A DNA stretch of 49,077 nucleotides from an uncultured delta proteobacterium (GCA_963705165.1 CAVPJD010000003.1:1-49077), one strand, 5' to 3'. Positions 28,631-42,797 are shown, counted from the stretch's first letter. Notes: generated by a model not told the origin, from the letters alone. Numbers and translations are program-made.

Positions 28631-30228
28631 GCACCAAGGACCTGCACTGGCGGATCCTCTGGAGCAAGGAGACCTGCACCCTCTGCGGACGCTGCACGGC
28701 CGTCTGCCCCGTGCAGGCCATCGAATTGGGCGTGCACCGCAAGCGCACCGTCAACGTGCCACTGGGGATCAAGGATACGCCGGGCGCTGTCTTCAGCGTC
28801 TATCACGGGATCGATCAGCGCACGGACCCCGCCTACGCCTGCATCGGTTGCGCCATGTGCAATCTCGTCTGCCCCAACGAGGCCATCATCCCTGTGCACA
28901 ATGATGAAACCGACAAGCAGAGATTCCACATCAACACGGGCGGAGTGCCCCGCCGGCGCGGCGGGAGGCGAAACAACCCGGGAAGCCTTTTGGACCAGAT
29001 CAAGTTCGTGCGCATCTCCATGCTCACCGACCCGGCGCTCGACGCGGGCCGTCACGAATTCGAACTGCGCACCCTGCTGGGCAGGATCCTGCCCGCCGAA
29101 GAGGCCCTGCTCTTCACGAGGGAGAACGGGTGGATCCCGCCCGTGCGGGAGATCTATCCCCTTATGATCGGCAGCATGTCCTTCGGGGCCCTTTCGCCCA
29201 CCATGTGGGAGGGGCTGCAGATGGGTGTGGCCTACCTCAATGAGGAGCTGGGAATGCCCGTGCGTATGTGCACCGGCGAGGGAGGCTGCCCTCCGAGGCT
29301 TCTGCGCTCGCGCTTCATCAAGTACGTCATCCTGCAGATCGCCAGCGGCTACTTCGGCTGGGACGAGATCATCCACGCCCTGCCCGAGATGAAGGAAGAC
29401 CCCTGCGCTGTGGAGATCAAGTACGGCCAGGGCGCCAAGCCCGGCGACGGCGGGCTTCTCATGTGGTACAAGGTCAACAGCCTCATCGCCAGGGTACGCG
29501 GTGTTCCGGCCGGCGTGAGCCTGCCGAGCCCCCCCACGCACCAGACGAAGTACTCCATCGAGGAGTCCGTGGCGAAGATGATCCAGTCCATGTACATGGC
29601 CTGGGGGTTCCGGGTGCCCGTTTACCCGAAGATTTCCGCCACAAGCACCACCAACGCCGTTCTCAACAACCTGACCCGCAACCCTTATGCGGGAGGGCTT
29701 GCCATCGACGGCGAGGACGGCGGCACCGGGGCGGCTTACAACGTCTCCATGGATCACATGGGCTACCCCATCGCGAGCAACATCCGCGACGCCTATCTCA
29801 ACCTGGTCAATATCGGCAAACAGAATGAAGTTCCGCTTTTCGCCGCCGGCGGCATCGGCAAGAACGGCAACCTCGCCGCCAACGCAGCCGCCCTCATCAT
29901 GCTGGGCGCAAGCGGCGTCCAGATCGGCAAGTATGCCATGCAGGCCGCAGCCGGCTGCCTGGGCTCGGAGACGGACCGATGCAATGTCTGCAACATCGGT
30001 CAGTGCCCCAAGGGGATCACCTCCCAGGACCCGCGGCTCTACCGCAGACTTGACCCGGAAAAGGTCGCCGAGAGGCTCGTGGACATGTACCTCAGCTTTG
30101 ACACGGAGCTGAAGAAAGTCGTGGCCCCCCTGGGCCGCTCGACGTCGCTGCCCATCGGGATGTCCGATGCCCTCGGGATCGCAGACAAGTCGGCAGCAGA
30201 GCGGCTGAAAATTCAATACGTCGTGTAA
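28594..30228 (+). CDS. Glutamate synthase, ferredoxin + FMN-binding subunit (GltB2-type)
   Basis: GGAGG RBS; two CxxCxxCxxxCP motifs; MSFGALS, TGEGG, QIASGYFG, EIKYGQGAKPGDGG, DGEDGGTGA, C..C..GQCPKGITSQDP. Confidence 0.92.
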   Translation: MEPMGTLHPSTLSTKDLHWRILWSKETCTLCGRCTAVCPVQAIELGVHRKRTVNVPLGIKDTPGAVFSVYHGIDQRTDPAYACIGCAMCNLVCPNEAIIPVHNDETDKQRFHINTGGVPRRRGGRRNNPGSLLDQIKFVRISMLTDPALDAGRHEFELRTLLGRILPAEEALLFTRENGWIPPVREIYPLMIGSMSFGALSPTMWEGLQMGVAYLNEELGMPVRMCTGEGGCPPRLLRSRFIKYVILQIASGYFGWDEIIHALPEMKEDPCAVEIKYGQGAKPGDGGLLMWYKVNSLIARVRGVPAGVSLPSPPTHQTKYSIEESVAKMIQSMYMAWGFRVPVYPKISATSTTNAVLNNLTRNPYAGGLAIDGEDGGTGAAYNVSMDHMGYPIASNIRDAYLNLVNIGKQNEVPLFAAGGIGKNGNLAANAAALIMLGASGVQIGKYAMQAAAGCLGSETDRCNVCNIGQCPKGITSQDPRLYRRLDPEKVAERLVDMYLSFDTELKKVVAPLGRSTSLPIGMSDALGIADKSAAERLKIQYVV

Positions 30229-30245
30229 TCGAAGAGAGAGCAACG

Positions 30246-32627
30246 GTGAATACGAAAAACACCAGGGAAAAGACCGGCAACCAGAAACCCGCCCTCGTGA
30301 TCGAAGGGATGGAGAAGGGTAAGCGCCTCGATTCACGTGTCCTGGAGGAGCGTCTCCAGCAGGCCGTCGAGTCGGGGCACCGTTTCATCGAAGTGAAAGC
30401 CTTCGGCCAGCACGGCATAGGGGGCAGGCTTTGGAAGGCGGGGGAAGAACCCCTCCATGTTAAAGTGACCGGCAACCCCGGGCAGCGCGTGGGCTCCATG
30501 GGTTTCCCCAACACGCGGATCGAGATCATGGGTCCCGCCTCGGACGATATAGGCTGGCTCGATGCGGGTGCCGACATTGTCGTGCACGGCCATGCCACCA
30601 ACGGCTGCGGCAATGCCATGGCACAGGGAAGGATCTTTGTGGCAGGCGACATCGGCGCCCGCGGCATGACGATGACGAAGCACAACCCCCGTTTCGCCCC
30701 CCCGCAGCTCTGGGTCCTGGGGGGCGCGGGCGATTCCTTTGCCGAGTTCATGGCGGGAGGCATCGCGGTGGTGTGCGGCCACGAGCCCCTTCATGCCGAC
30801 AACGTCCTGGGGCACCGGCCCTGCGTGGGCATGGTGGGTGGCAAGGTCTTTTTCCGCGGGCCCTATAAAAGCTACAGCGAAGAGGACGCCAAGCTCGTCG
30901 ATGTCCCGGATGAAGAGTGGGACTGGCTCAAGTCGAACATGGCGGATTTCCTTCAAGCGATCAACCGATCAGAGCTTTTCAAGACTCTGACATCGGACCG
31001 CTCGGCCTGGAAAATCCTCGCCGCTAGAAAGCCCGGCGAGAAGGGCGCCAGGGCCATCCGCAAGATGCAGGACTTCCGCCGTTTCGTCTGGGACGCAGAG
31101 CTCGGGAAGGGCGGGCTCATCGGAGACCTCACCGACATCGACCGCAGTCCCATCCCGCTCATCACGAACGGCATTCTGCGGCGTTACGTCCCCGTCTGGG
31201 AAAACCTGAAATTCCTGCCGCCTTGCCAGTCCAACTGCCCCACGGGAATCCCCGTGCAGAAGCGCTGGGAGATGATTCGCAAGGGGCTTGTCGACGAGTC
31301 CGTCGACATCGCCCTGGCCTACACGCCCTTCCCCGTCACGGTCTGCGGATACCTCTGCCCGAATGTCTGCATGCAGAACTGCACGCGCCAGATCGTGGGC
31401 CTCAAACCCGTGGACATCACCGTCCTTGGCAAGGCAAGCCTCAAGGCGAAACCGCCCGAGCCGGCTGAGACAACGGGCTACAAGGTCGCTATCGTGGGCG
31501 CGGGACCTGCGGGCCTCTCCATCGCCTGGCAGCTTTACCTGAAGGGGCATCAGCCCGTTGTCTTCGACCGGGGCGAAGAGCTGGGGGGAAAGATCACGAG
31601 TTCCATCCCCAGCCTGCGCATCCCCGACGAGATCGTTCGTCATGAGATCGACCGGATCAAAGGACTGATCCCGACGATCCATCTCAAGCAGGACCTCAGC
31701 AGCATGGCCTTCGCAAAGCTCCGTGACGAGTACGACTACGTCGTCATCGCTACCGGGGCCCAGAAAGCGCGAATGCTCCCGATCCCTGGAATCGAGCGGG
31801 CCCTGCCGGCCCTTGATTTCCTGCGTGCAAGCAAGGCGAATCTCATCCGGGTCGGGAAGCGGGTCGTCGTCATCGGCGCGGGCAATGTAGGATGCGACGC
31901 GGCTGCTGAGGCGGCCAGACTCGGCGCCACGGACGTCACCCTCATCGACATCCAGGAGCCTGCCTCTTTCGGGAAGGAGCGCCAGCACGCCGAGGCGGCG
32001 GGGGCCAAGTTCCTCTGGCCCGTGGCTACCCGAGCCATCACGCCGGAGGGTGTCGAACTCTCGCGGGGCGATCTGCTGCCTGCCGACACGGTCATCGTCG
32101 CCGTCGGCGATCAGCCCGAACTGGCATTCCTGCCCGAGGACATCACGACGGAGCGCGGCTTCATCGTCGTCAACGAACGCTTCCAGACGAGCGACCCCAA
32201 GGTTTTCGCCGTGGGCGACACGGTGAAGCTGGGGCTTCTCACGGAGGCCATCGGCGCGGGCCGCAAGGCGGCCGAGGCCATCGATGCCCTGCTCAGGGGC
32301 CGCGAGGTCTCCATCGACACGCTGCCGCCCATCCCGACGGCCCGGATCAAGCTGGAATATTACGACCCGCGTGTGAAAGGCTTCGGAGACGTGGACGACT
32401 GCGCCGGCGAGTGCGCCTCCTGCGGCTCCTGCAGGGACTGCTCGGTCTGCGTCACCCTCTGTCCGCAGAATGCCATCTCGAGAAAAGACCTGGGCAGCGG
32501 CGCCTATGAATACGCAGTGGACCCGGAGCGATGCATCGGCTGCGGCTTCTGCGCAGGGGCCTGCCCCTGCGGGATCTGGCAGCTCGCGGAAAACGTGTCC
32601 CTCGAGAGTGTCAACGGGTTGAAATAA
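30246..32627 (+). CDS. Fusion of GltB C-terminal GXGXG domain, GltD-like FAD/NAD(P) oxidoreductase and 4Fe-4S ferredoxin
   Basis: GQHGIGG, GNAMAQGRIFVAGDIGARG, AEFMAGG, VGMVGG; PCQSNCPTGIP, CGYLCPNVC, VGAGPAGL, VIGAGNVGCD, C-terminal CIGCGFCAGACP. Confidence 0.9.
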   Translation: MNTKNTREKTGNQKPALVIEGMEKGKRLDSRVLEERLQQAVESGHRFIEVKAFGQHGIGGRLWKAGEEPLHVKVTGNPGQRVGSMGFPNTRIEIMGPASDDIGWLDAGADIVVHGHATNGCGNAMAQGRIFVAGDIGARGMTMTKHNPRFAPPQLWVLGGAGDSFAEFMAGGIAVVCGHEPLHADNVLGHRPCVGMVGGKVFFRGPYKSYSEEDAKLVDVPDEEWDWLKSNMADFLQAINRSELFKTLTSDRSAWKILAARKPGEKGARAIRKMQDFRRFVWDAELGKGGLIGDLTDIDRSPIPLITNGILRRYVPVWENLKFLPPCQSNCPTGIPVQKRWEMIRKGLVDESVDIALAYTPFPVTVCGYLCPNVCMQNCTRQIVGLKPVDITVLGKASLKAKPPEPAETTGYKVAIVGAGPAGLSIAWQLYLKGHQPVVFDRGEELGGKITSSIPSLRIPDEIVRHEIDRIKGLIPTIHLKQDLSSMAFAKLRDEYDYVVIATGAQKARMLPIPGIERALPALDFLRASKANLIRVGKRVVVIGAGNVGCDAAAEAARLGATDVTLIDIQEPASFGKERQHAEAAGAKFLWPVATRAITPEGVELSRGDLLPADTVIVAVGDQPELAFLPEDITTERGFIVVNERFQTSDPKVFAVGDTVKLGLLTEAIGAGRKAAEAIDALLRGREVSIDTLPPIPTARIKLEYYDPRVKGFGDVDDCAGECASCGSCRDCSVCVTLCPQNAISRKDLGSGAYEYAVDPERCIGCGFCAGACPCGIWQLAENVSLESVNGLK

Positions 32628-32767
32628 ACGGATGAAGCGGCCGTGCCCCGGCCGAGAGGAAAGAACTTGATTTTTCGACAGGCTCTGTCAGAATCCTCTA
32701 TTCCAAACCGGGTGTCGATCACGCCCGGATTGAATGAAGCAACTTTTACCACATTAAGGAGGCCGTA

Positions 32768-34099
32768 ATGACCAATATCAGAGATGCCAAAGATGTAGCA
32801 AAGTTCGTCAAGGACAAGAACGTAAGCTTCATTCAATTCTGGTTCACCGATGTCCTTGGAAAACTGAAATCCTTCAGCGTGACCCCCTCGGAACTCGAGG
32901 AAGGCATGGCCGAGGGCATGGGATTCGACGGCTCCTCCATCGAAGGATTTGCCCGCATCGAGGAGAGCGACATGATCGCCCTGCCGGACCCCACGACGTT
33001 CCAGCTGATCCCCTGGCGCCCCAGCGACCGCCCCGTGGCCCGGATGTTCTGCGACATCATGAACCCCGACGGCACCCCTTACATGGGCGACCCGCGCTAT
33101 GCCCTGAAGAGGATCCTCGCCAAGATCGCCAAGCAGGGACAAACCTTCTACGTGGGCCCCGAGCTCGAGTACTTCTACTTCGCCAACGACACCGATACCG
33201 AGGTCCTGGACCAGGCCGGCTACTTCGACGGCCTTCCCACCGACCGTGGCACGGACCTGCGCCGCCAGACGATCTTTGCACTCCAGAGCATGGGCATCCG
33301 CGTCGAGTACAGCCATCACGAGGTGGCCCCGAGCCAGCACGAGATCGATCTGCGATACCAGGAGGCCCTGACGATGGCCGACACGGTCATGACCTACCGT
33401 GTGGCCGTCAAGGAGATCGCCCGTCAGAACGGCGTCTACGCCACCTTCATGCCCAAGCCCATCTTCGGCCAGAACGGAAGCGGCATGCACGTCCACCAGT
33501 CGATCTTCAAGGGCAGCAAGAACACCTTCTTCGATACGAAGGACAAGTACCACCTCTCCGCCACGGCCAAGAGCTACATCGCCGGGATCATGCGGCACGC
33601 CCGGGAGATCACGGCCGTCACCAACCAGTGGGTGAACTCCTACAAGCGCCTGGTGCCCGGCTACGAGGCGCCCGTCTACTGCGCCTGGGCCCGCCGCAAC
33701 CGCTCCGCCATGGTCCGCGTGCCCATGTACAAGCCCGGCAAGGAGAAAGCCACGCGCATCGAGTTTCGCTCGCCCGATCCCACCTGCAACCCCTACCTGG
33801 CCTTTGCCCTCATGCTGGGAGCGGGCCTGAAGGGCGTTGAGGGCAAGTACCCCCTCGCCGATCCGGTGGAGCATGACATCTTCGAGATGGACGCAAGGGC
33901 GCGGGCCGAGGCCGGGATCACCTCTCTGCCCGGAAGCCTCTGGGAAGCCCTCGAGGAGTTCAAGCAGAGCGTGCTGGCCAACGAGGTGCTCGGGGATCAC
34001 ATCTTCGGCAAGGTCATCGCGAACAAGGAAAAAGAGTGGGATATGTTCCGGACCTACGTCACCGATTTCGAGATCAACCGCTACCTGCCCATGTTGTAA
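32768..34099 (+). CDS. glnA: Glutamine synthetase type I (GSI-alpha-like)
   Basis: AAGGAGG RBS; FDGSSIEGFARIEESDM, GPELEYF, HHEVAPSQHEI, TFMPKP, NGSGMHVHQS, NSYKRLVPGYEAP, RIEFRSPD. Confidence 0.97.
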   Translation: MTNIRDAKDVAKFVKDKNVSFIQFWFTDVLGKLKSFSVTPSELEEGMAEGMGFDGSSIEGFARIEESDMIALPDPTTFQLIPWRPSDRPVARMFCDIMNPDGTPYMGDPRYALKRILAKIAKQGQTFYVGPELEYFYFANDTDTEVLDQAGYFDGLPTDRGTDLRRQTIFALQSMGIRVEYSHHEVAPSQHEIDLRYQEALTMADTVMTYRVAVKEIARQNGVYATFMPKPIFGQNGSGMHVHQSIFKGSKNTFFDTKDKYHLSATAKSYIAGIMRHAREITAVTNQWVNSYKRLVPGYEAPVYCAWARRNRSAMVRVPMYKPGKEKATRIEFRSPDPTCNPYLAFALMLGAGLKGVEGKYPLADPVEHDIFEMDARARAEAGITSLPGSLWEALEEFKQSVLANEVLGDHIFGKVIANKEKEWDMFRTYVTDFEINRYLPML

Positions 34100-34107
34100 A
34101 ACCGGAG

Positions 34108-34138
34108 AGGGGCAACCCGACGGGTTGCCCCTTTTTTT
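34108..34138 (+). terminator. Intrinsic terminator after glnA
   Basis: aggggcaaccc-gac-gggttgcccct followed by a T run. Confidence 0.9.
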
Positions 34139-34235
34139 ACAAATCGATTGGATAAAAGAGCCGTTCTGATCTATAACGACTCCGCGGGTGCGCCCCGTTC
34201 GGGCCACCCGCACAGCCTTGTATGAAGGAAACACC

Positions 34236-35373
34236 GTGCATCTGCTGAGAAAAAAGCCCAAGGCAGTCCTGGTCCTCGAGGACGGGAGCGTCTACCGGGG
34301 TTACGCCTTTGCCCACGCGGGCCAGTCGATGGGGGAGGTCGTGTTCAACACGGGAATGACGGGCTACCAGGAAATCCTCACCGACCCTTCCTACAAGGAA
34401 CAGATCGTGACGATGACCTACCCCCTCATCGGCAGCTACGGGATCAACCCCGACGACATGGAATCGGCGAAGATCCACCTCGAAGGGTTCATCGTCAAGG
34501 AGTACCAGCCCGTCCCCAGCAACTGGCGCTCCCGCATGACCCTGAAGGAGTTCCTCGAGGAGCACAAGAAACTCGGCATCGAGGGAATCGACACGCGGGC
34601 CCTGACACGCAGGATCCGGACGGTGGGCGCCATGAAGGGAATCCTCTCGACGGAAACGGACGACACTCGTCTTTTGCTTGACAAGGTCCGGGCCTACCCG
34701 GGGCTCGTGGGCAGGGATCTCATCCCGTTTGTGACCTGCGAGAATCCCTACCTCTGGAAAGACAACGGCCCCCGGCCCATCGAACTGCTCGAAAAGGCGA
34801 CCTCGCGCCTGCGCGTCGTCGTCATCGACTGCGGCGTCAAATACAACATCCTGCGAAACCTCGAGAAGCGGGATTGTGACGTGATCGTCGTGCCCTGCAC
34901 CTCGACAGCGCCCGAGATCCGCGCCTATAAACCTGACGGGGTGCTCTTGAGCAACGGGCCCGGCGACCCCGCCACGCTGCCCTACATTGTCGAGACGGTC
35001 CGGAATCTTCTGGGAAAGACGCCTATCTTCGGCATCTGCCTCGGGCACCAGATCCTGGGCCAGGCCCTGGGCGGCGTGACGGCCAAGCTCAAGTTCGGCC
35101 ATCACGGCATCAACCAGCCGGCCAAGAACGTGAAAAAAAACCGGGTGGAGATCAGCTCCCAGAACCACGGCTTCACGGTCATCCCGGAAACCCTCGGGAA
35201 TCGGATCGAAAAGACGCACGTGAACCTCAACGACAACACCCTCGAAGGCCTCATGGTCCCGGAATTGAAGGCCTTCAGCGTCCAGTACCACCCCGAGGCG
35301 GCGCCCGGTCCCCAGGACGCAAACTATCTCTTCACGGAATTCACCGACCTCATGCTCAGAGAGAAACGCAACG

Positions 35374-35381
<8 letters not shown>
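34236..35381 (+). CDS. carA: Carbamoyl-phosphate synthase small subunit
   Basis: [70 protein letters not shown] start with AAGGA upstream. Confidence 0.96.
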
Positions 35382-38694
<3,313 letters not shown>

Positions 38695-38733
38695 AGCAGA
38701 CCTTTGACAAGGTAAGGGTTCGGGTAAATCACG

Positions 38734-40191
38734 ATGTTCAATGATTGGATGAATGAGGGCAAGCCCCGCGAGGAGTGCGGCATATTTGCCGTACACGGCC
38801 ACGAGCAGGCGGCGAGGCTCACCTACTTCGGGCTCTTTGCTCTTCAGCACCGCGGCCAGGAAAGCGCCGGCATCATCACGGCGGACGGCAAGACGGTCTA
38901 CGAGCACAAGGGGATGGGCCTCGTCTCCGAAGTCGTTCACGAGAGCAACCTGCAGAAACTACACGGCCACATGGCCATCGGTCATGTCCGCTATTCCACA
39001 ACGGGCTCATCCACCCTGTCCAACGCCCAGCCGTTTCTCGTTCACCATGCCGGCGAGCCTTACGCCCTGGGCCACAACGGGAACCTCATCAACGCCCAGC
39101 TGCTTCGCTCCCAGCTCGAGAAGCAGGGCTCCATCTTCCAGTCCACCATGGACAGTGAGATCATCGTACACCTCATGGCCCATCATCTGCGCAATGGATT
39201 CGACGAGGCCCTCGTGAAGGCTCTCGGGAAGGTGAAGGGATCTTACTGCCTCGTCATGCTGACCAAGGACAAGATCATCGCCGCCCGCGACCCCCGCGGG
39301 TTCAGGCCGCTCGCCATCGGAAAGCTCGGCGAAGCAACCATCGTTGCCTCGGAGACCTGTGCCTTCGATCTGCTCGGCGCCACCTATGTGCGCGACGTGG
39401 AACCCGGCGAGATCGTCATCATCGACAACACGGGTCTCAAGAGCCTGAAACCGTTCCGGAAAGTCCGGCCCGCTCACTGCATCTTCGAGCTCGTCTACTT
39501 CGCACGGCCCGACAGCCACATCTTCGGCCAGAATGTCTACCTCTGCCGCAAGCGATTCGGCCACCAGCTCGCCAGGGAGTATCGTCCGGATGTGGACCTC
39601 GTCATGCCCTTCCCCGATTCGGGAAACTACGCGGCCCTCGGATACGCCGAGGAAAGCAGGCTGCCTTTCGAGATGGGAATGATCCGCAACCATTACGTGG
39701 GCCGTACGTTCATCCAGCCGTCTCAGGCGATCCGCGACTTCGGCGTCCGCGTGAAACTCAACCCCGTGAAACCCCTGCTCGAGGGAAAGCGCATCCTCAT
39801 CGTGGAAGACTCCATCATCCGGGGAACCACGAGCCGCAACCGCATCCGCAACCTCCGCCAGATCGGCGTGAAGGAAATCCACATGGGCATCAGCTGCCCC
39901 CCGACCCGCAACCCCTGCCCCTACGGCATTGATTTCTCTTCGAAGGGGGAACTCGTCGCGGCCGAAAAAGGGGACGTCGACGCCATCGCCCGCTTCATCG
40001 GGCTGGACTCGCTCTACTACCTCAGTCTCAAGGGAATGGTCCAAGCCACCCAGATGGACCCCAAGAGCTTCTGCCTTGCCTGCTACTCCGGGAAGTATCC
40101 CCTCCCCGTCGAGGAAGAGCTCGACAAGTACTGCATGGAGGATCGGTTTAGCTGCGAGCCTCAGCAGGATGATCTCCCCTTTATTTCATGA
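38734..40191 (+). CDS. purF: Amidophosphoribosyltransferase
   Basis: Propeptide then EECGIF, LQHRGQESAG, GHVRYST, HNGNL, CIFELVYFARPDS, RNHYVGRTFIQP, EDSIIRGTT, CPYGID, CLAC. Confidence 0.96.
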   Translation: MFNDWMNEGKPREECGIFAVHGHEQAARLTYFGLFALQHRGQESAGIITADGKTVYEHKGMGLVSEVVHESNLQKLHGHMAIGHVRYSTTGSSTLSNAQPFLVHHAGEPYALGHNGNLINAQLLRSQLEKQGSIFQSTMDSEIIVHLMAHHLRNGFDEALVKALGKVKGSYCLVMLTKDKIIAARDPRGFRPLAIGKLGEATIVASETCAFDLLGATYVRDVEPGEIVIIDNTGLKSLKPFRKVRPAHCIFELVYFARPDSHIFGQNVYLCRKRFGHQLAREYRPDVDLVMPFPDSGNYAALGYAEESRLPFEMGMIRNHYVGRTFIQPSQAIRDFGVRVKLNPVKPLLEGKRILIVEDSIIRGTTSRNRIRNLRQIGVKEIHMGISCPPTRNPCPYGIDFSSKGELVAAEKGDVDAIARFIGLDSLYYLSLKGMVQATQMDPKSFCLACYSGKYPLPVEEELDKYCMEDRFSCEPQQDDLPFIS

Positions 40192-40252
40192 TCGTCAGTC
40201 AACCGTTCTGCCCCGCTGTTGCTTTGCCTCCAGCTTCAGGCATCATGACCAC

Positions 40253-40347
40253 GAAGATCGGAAGATCAGAAGTCAGGAAGAGCGGATAGATAAGAAAGAA
40301 TGATATCGACTCCGCTCTTCTGCTCTTCCGCGCTTCCTAACTTCCTG
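40253..40347. repeat. Degenerate octamer inverted-repeat array, same family as 7843-7939
   Basis: gaagatcg-gaagatca-gaagtcag-gaagagcg ... ccgctctt-ctgctctt-ccgcgctt-cctaactt-cctg. Confidence 0.75.
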
Positions 40348-40500
40348 TGTTTCAGGACGCCTTGCATCTGGCCCCTTCTGACCCGCCCATGGGAGCCCAC
40401 TGCTACGCATAAATTCCTGACCTTTCCACATCCCTGACGCATTGTTGTATTTTGTTGAGCGGGATGACTTTTTCGATTGCCTTGCAAGTCGTAATATTCC

Positions 40501-40640
40501 ACCTGATTGTGTTCTTTTTTATTATATAAACAAATTTGTATAGGCATAGTAATATTATACACTATTGTCTATATAATCGCGGACTTGCTCTTTCTATCAT
40601 CCCGATATCCATACATATTTACGGTGGCCGGGGAATTGCA
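40501..40640 (+). promoter_or_regulatory. Three boxes at 29-bp period and sigma54 promoter for amtB1-glnK1
   Basis: ACCTGATTGT 40501, ACAAATTTGT 40530, ACACTATTGT 40559; TGGCCG-GGGAA-TTGCA at 40625-40640. Confidence 0.78.
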
Positions 40641-40676
40641 AAACCCCTTGCAACTCTTTGAGGGGGAAGGGAAAAC

Positions 40677-41903
40677 ATGGTGAATCAAATCAACTCGGGT
40701 GATACGGCCTGGATCCTGGTGTGCTGTTCTCTGGTGCTCTTAATGACACCGGCCCTTGCGCTTTTTTACGGAGGCATGGTCCGCAGGAAAAACGTACTTT
40801 CCACACTGACCTTGAGTTACGTCTTCATGGCCCTGATCGGGGTGCAGTGGGTGGCCTTCGGCTATTCCCTTGCCTTCGGCACATCCATCCACGGATGGAT
40901 CGGGGGGCTCAACTTCATCGGGTTTCAAGGGGTGGATGCTGCACCGAATCCTGACTACAGCAAAACGATACCCCAAAGTCTTTTCGCCGCCTTCCAGATG
41001 ATGTTCGCAGTCATCACGCCGGCATTGATCACCGGCGCCTTTGTGGAGCGGGTCAAATTCAAGAGCTTTCTGCTCTTCAGCCTGCTCTGGGCGACACTGG
41101 TCTATGACCCCCTGTGCCACTGGGTCTGGGGACAGGGCGGCTGGCTGAAAAACCTGGGTGTCCTGGATTTTGCCGGCGGGACGGTGGTGCACATTGCAGC
41201 CGGTTTCTCGGCCCTGGCCTTTGCAATGGTGATCGGGCCGCGCAAGGGCTTTGGAAAGTCCCCCATGGAGCCCAATAACATTCCGCTTACTGTGCTGGGA
41301 GCGGGGCTTCTGTGGGTGGGCTGGTTTGGCTTCAACGCAGGCTCTGCCCTGGCTGCAAACGGTGTGGCCGTGAATGCCCTTCTGACGACAAACACGTCTG
41401 CAGCAACGGCAGGGCTTGTCTGGATGTTCCTCTCCTGGCTCGACGGCCGGCCCAGCACCCTGGGAATCGCCACGGGAATGGTCGTCGGTCTGGCGGCCGT
41501 GACTCCGGCGTCAGGCTTCATCACGCCTATGGCATCCATGGTCGTCGGAGCCGTGGCGGCGCCGCTCTCGTACTATGCGATGCGTTTCCGGGACCGCCGC
41601 AAGCTCGATGAGTCCCTGGATGTGTGGGCCTGCCATGGGGTCGCCAGCACCTGGGGCATGATCGCAGCCGGCCTGTTTGCCACGGTGGCCGTCAACAGCG
41701 ACGGCGCAAACGGTCTTTTCTTCGGCAATCCCGGTCAGATCGGCATCCAGATCCTCGCCGTGATCGTCACCATGGTATTCTCCTTCTCGATGACCTATGT
41801 GCTGGCCAAGGCGCTGAGCGTAAGCATCGGGCTGCGGGTCAGCCCCATGGAGGAGGAAGTGGGGTTGGATATCAGTTCCCACGGGGAGAGATCCTATTCG
41901 TAA
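40677..41903 (+). CDS. amtB: Ammonium transporter (copy 1)
   Basis: [81 protein letters not shown]. Confidence 0.96.
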   Translation: MVNQINSGDTAWILVCCSLVLLMTPALALFYGGMVRRKNVLSTLTLSYVFMALIGVQWVAFGYSLAFGTSIHGWIGGLNFIGFQGVDAAPNPDYSKTIPQSLFAAFQMMFAVITPALITGAFVERVKFKSFLLFSLLWATLVYDPLCHWVWGQGGWLKNLGVLDFAGGTVVHIAAGFSALAFAMVIGPRKGFGKSPMEPNNIPLTVLGAGLLWVGWFGFNAGSALAANGVAVNALLTTNTSAATAGLVWMFLSWLDGRPSTLGIATGMVVGLAAVTPASGFITPMASMVVGAVAAPLSYYAMRFRDRRKLDESLDVWACHGVASTWGMIAAGLFATVAVNSDGANGLFFGNPGQIGIQILAVIVTMVFSFSMTYVLAKALSVSIGLRVSPMEEEVGLDISSHGERSYS

Positions 41904-41967
41904 CCCGAGCATGCCCGGAGGCAGCTGCCATCGCAGATCATCGATCCTAGAACTTGGAGATTGAGCC

Positions 41968-42354
41968 ATGCTGAAAAAAGTCGAAGCCATCATTCGTGAA
42001 GATAAGGTCAACGATGTCAAGGACGCCCTTGCCGAAATCGGCATCATGGGACTGAACATCTTCGAGGTCCGTGGTCACGGCCGCCAGGGAGGCATCCAGC
42101 TGGTAGGACGCGCGGGAACCTACCAGGTCAATATGCTCCCCAAAATTCAGGTCAATATCGTCTTGAGCGACCGCAACCTCGAGGCTGCCATCGAAGCCAT
42201 CCTCAAATCGGCCTACACCGGAGAGCCCGGCGACGGTCTCATCTTTGTCTCACCCGTCGATGAGGTGATCCGCATACGGACGCGTGAACGCGGTCAGGAT
42301 GCCATGATGTATCCCGGCGACATTGATGAGCGAAAAAAGCGCAGCACAGACTGA
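41968..42354 (+). CDS. glnK: PII-family nitrogen regulator (divergent T-loop, C-terminal extension)
   Basis: MLKKVEAIIR, GHGRQGG...YQVNMLPK, TGEPGDGLIFVSPVDEVIRIRT; follows amtB1. Confidence 0.9.
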   Translation: MLKKVEAIIREDKVNDVKDALAEIGIMGLNIFEVRGHGRQGGIQLVGRAGTYQVNMLPKIQVNIVLSDRNLEAAIEAILKSAYTGEPGDGLIFVSPVDEVIRIRTRERGQDAMMYPGDIDERKKRSTD

Positions 42355-42389
42355 ACTGCATCTCGCGGGATAGGACCATTACTTTGCGG

Positions 42390-42419
42390 GCAGGGCCGGA
42401 AACGGCCCTGCTTTTTTTT
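42390..42419 (+). terminator. Intrinsic terminator after glnK1
   Basis: gcagggccg-gaaa-cggccctgc followed by T8. Confidence 0.9.
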
Positions 42420-42586
42420 AATCGAACCAGCCGCCGCTTTCACAACAGGATCAAGCACCCGCGTTCGGGGTAGACGCCCCGCTGCTCAAGCATGGATCCC
42501 CGCTGAATATTTGATGTTTATCGGACCAGGATAATCTCAAGTATGCGTCATTAATGATCAATCTGCAGACATCGCGACACATTATC

Positions 42587-42749
42587 TCAATATTGTACTA
42601 TCCTCATTTATAATTACATATATGTGTTTTATAAATATAATATATACATATATGTATTATTATAACTGGCAATTTATAATCTGATATTTGTAATATACAC
42701 ATAATATCATATACTTATGCAATATTTTTTGTATGGCACCCTTATTGCT
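42587..42749 (+). promoter_or_regulatory. Three boxes at 29-30 bp period and consensus sigma54 promoter for amtB2-glnK2
   Basis: TCAATATTGT 42587, ACATATATGT 42616, ACATATATGT 42646; very AT-rich spacer; TGGCAC-CCTTA-TTGCT at 42734-42749. Confidence 0.85.
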
Positions 42750-42797
42750 CTCTCATCGTTCATCGATTTTACAAATTCATTTCAGGAGGTCACTACC

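Noticed and set aside
32700..32760. Glutamine riboswitch in the glnA leader
   Set aside because: Only one hairpin is present; the conserved three-way junction and E-loop sequences are not seen.
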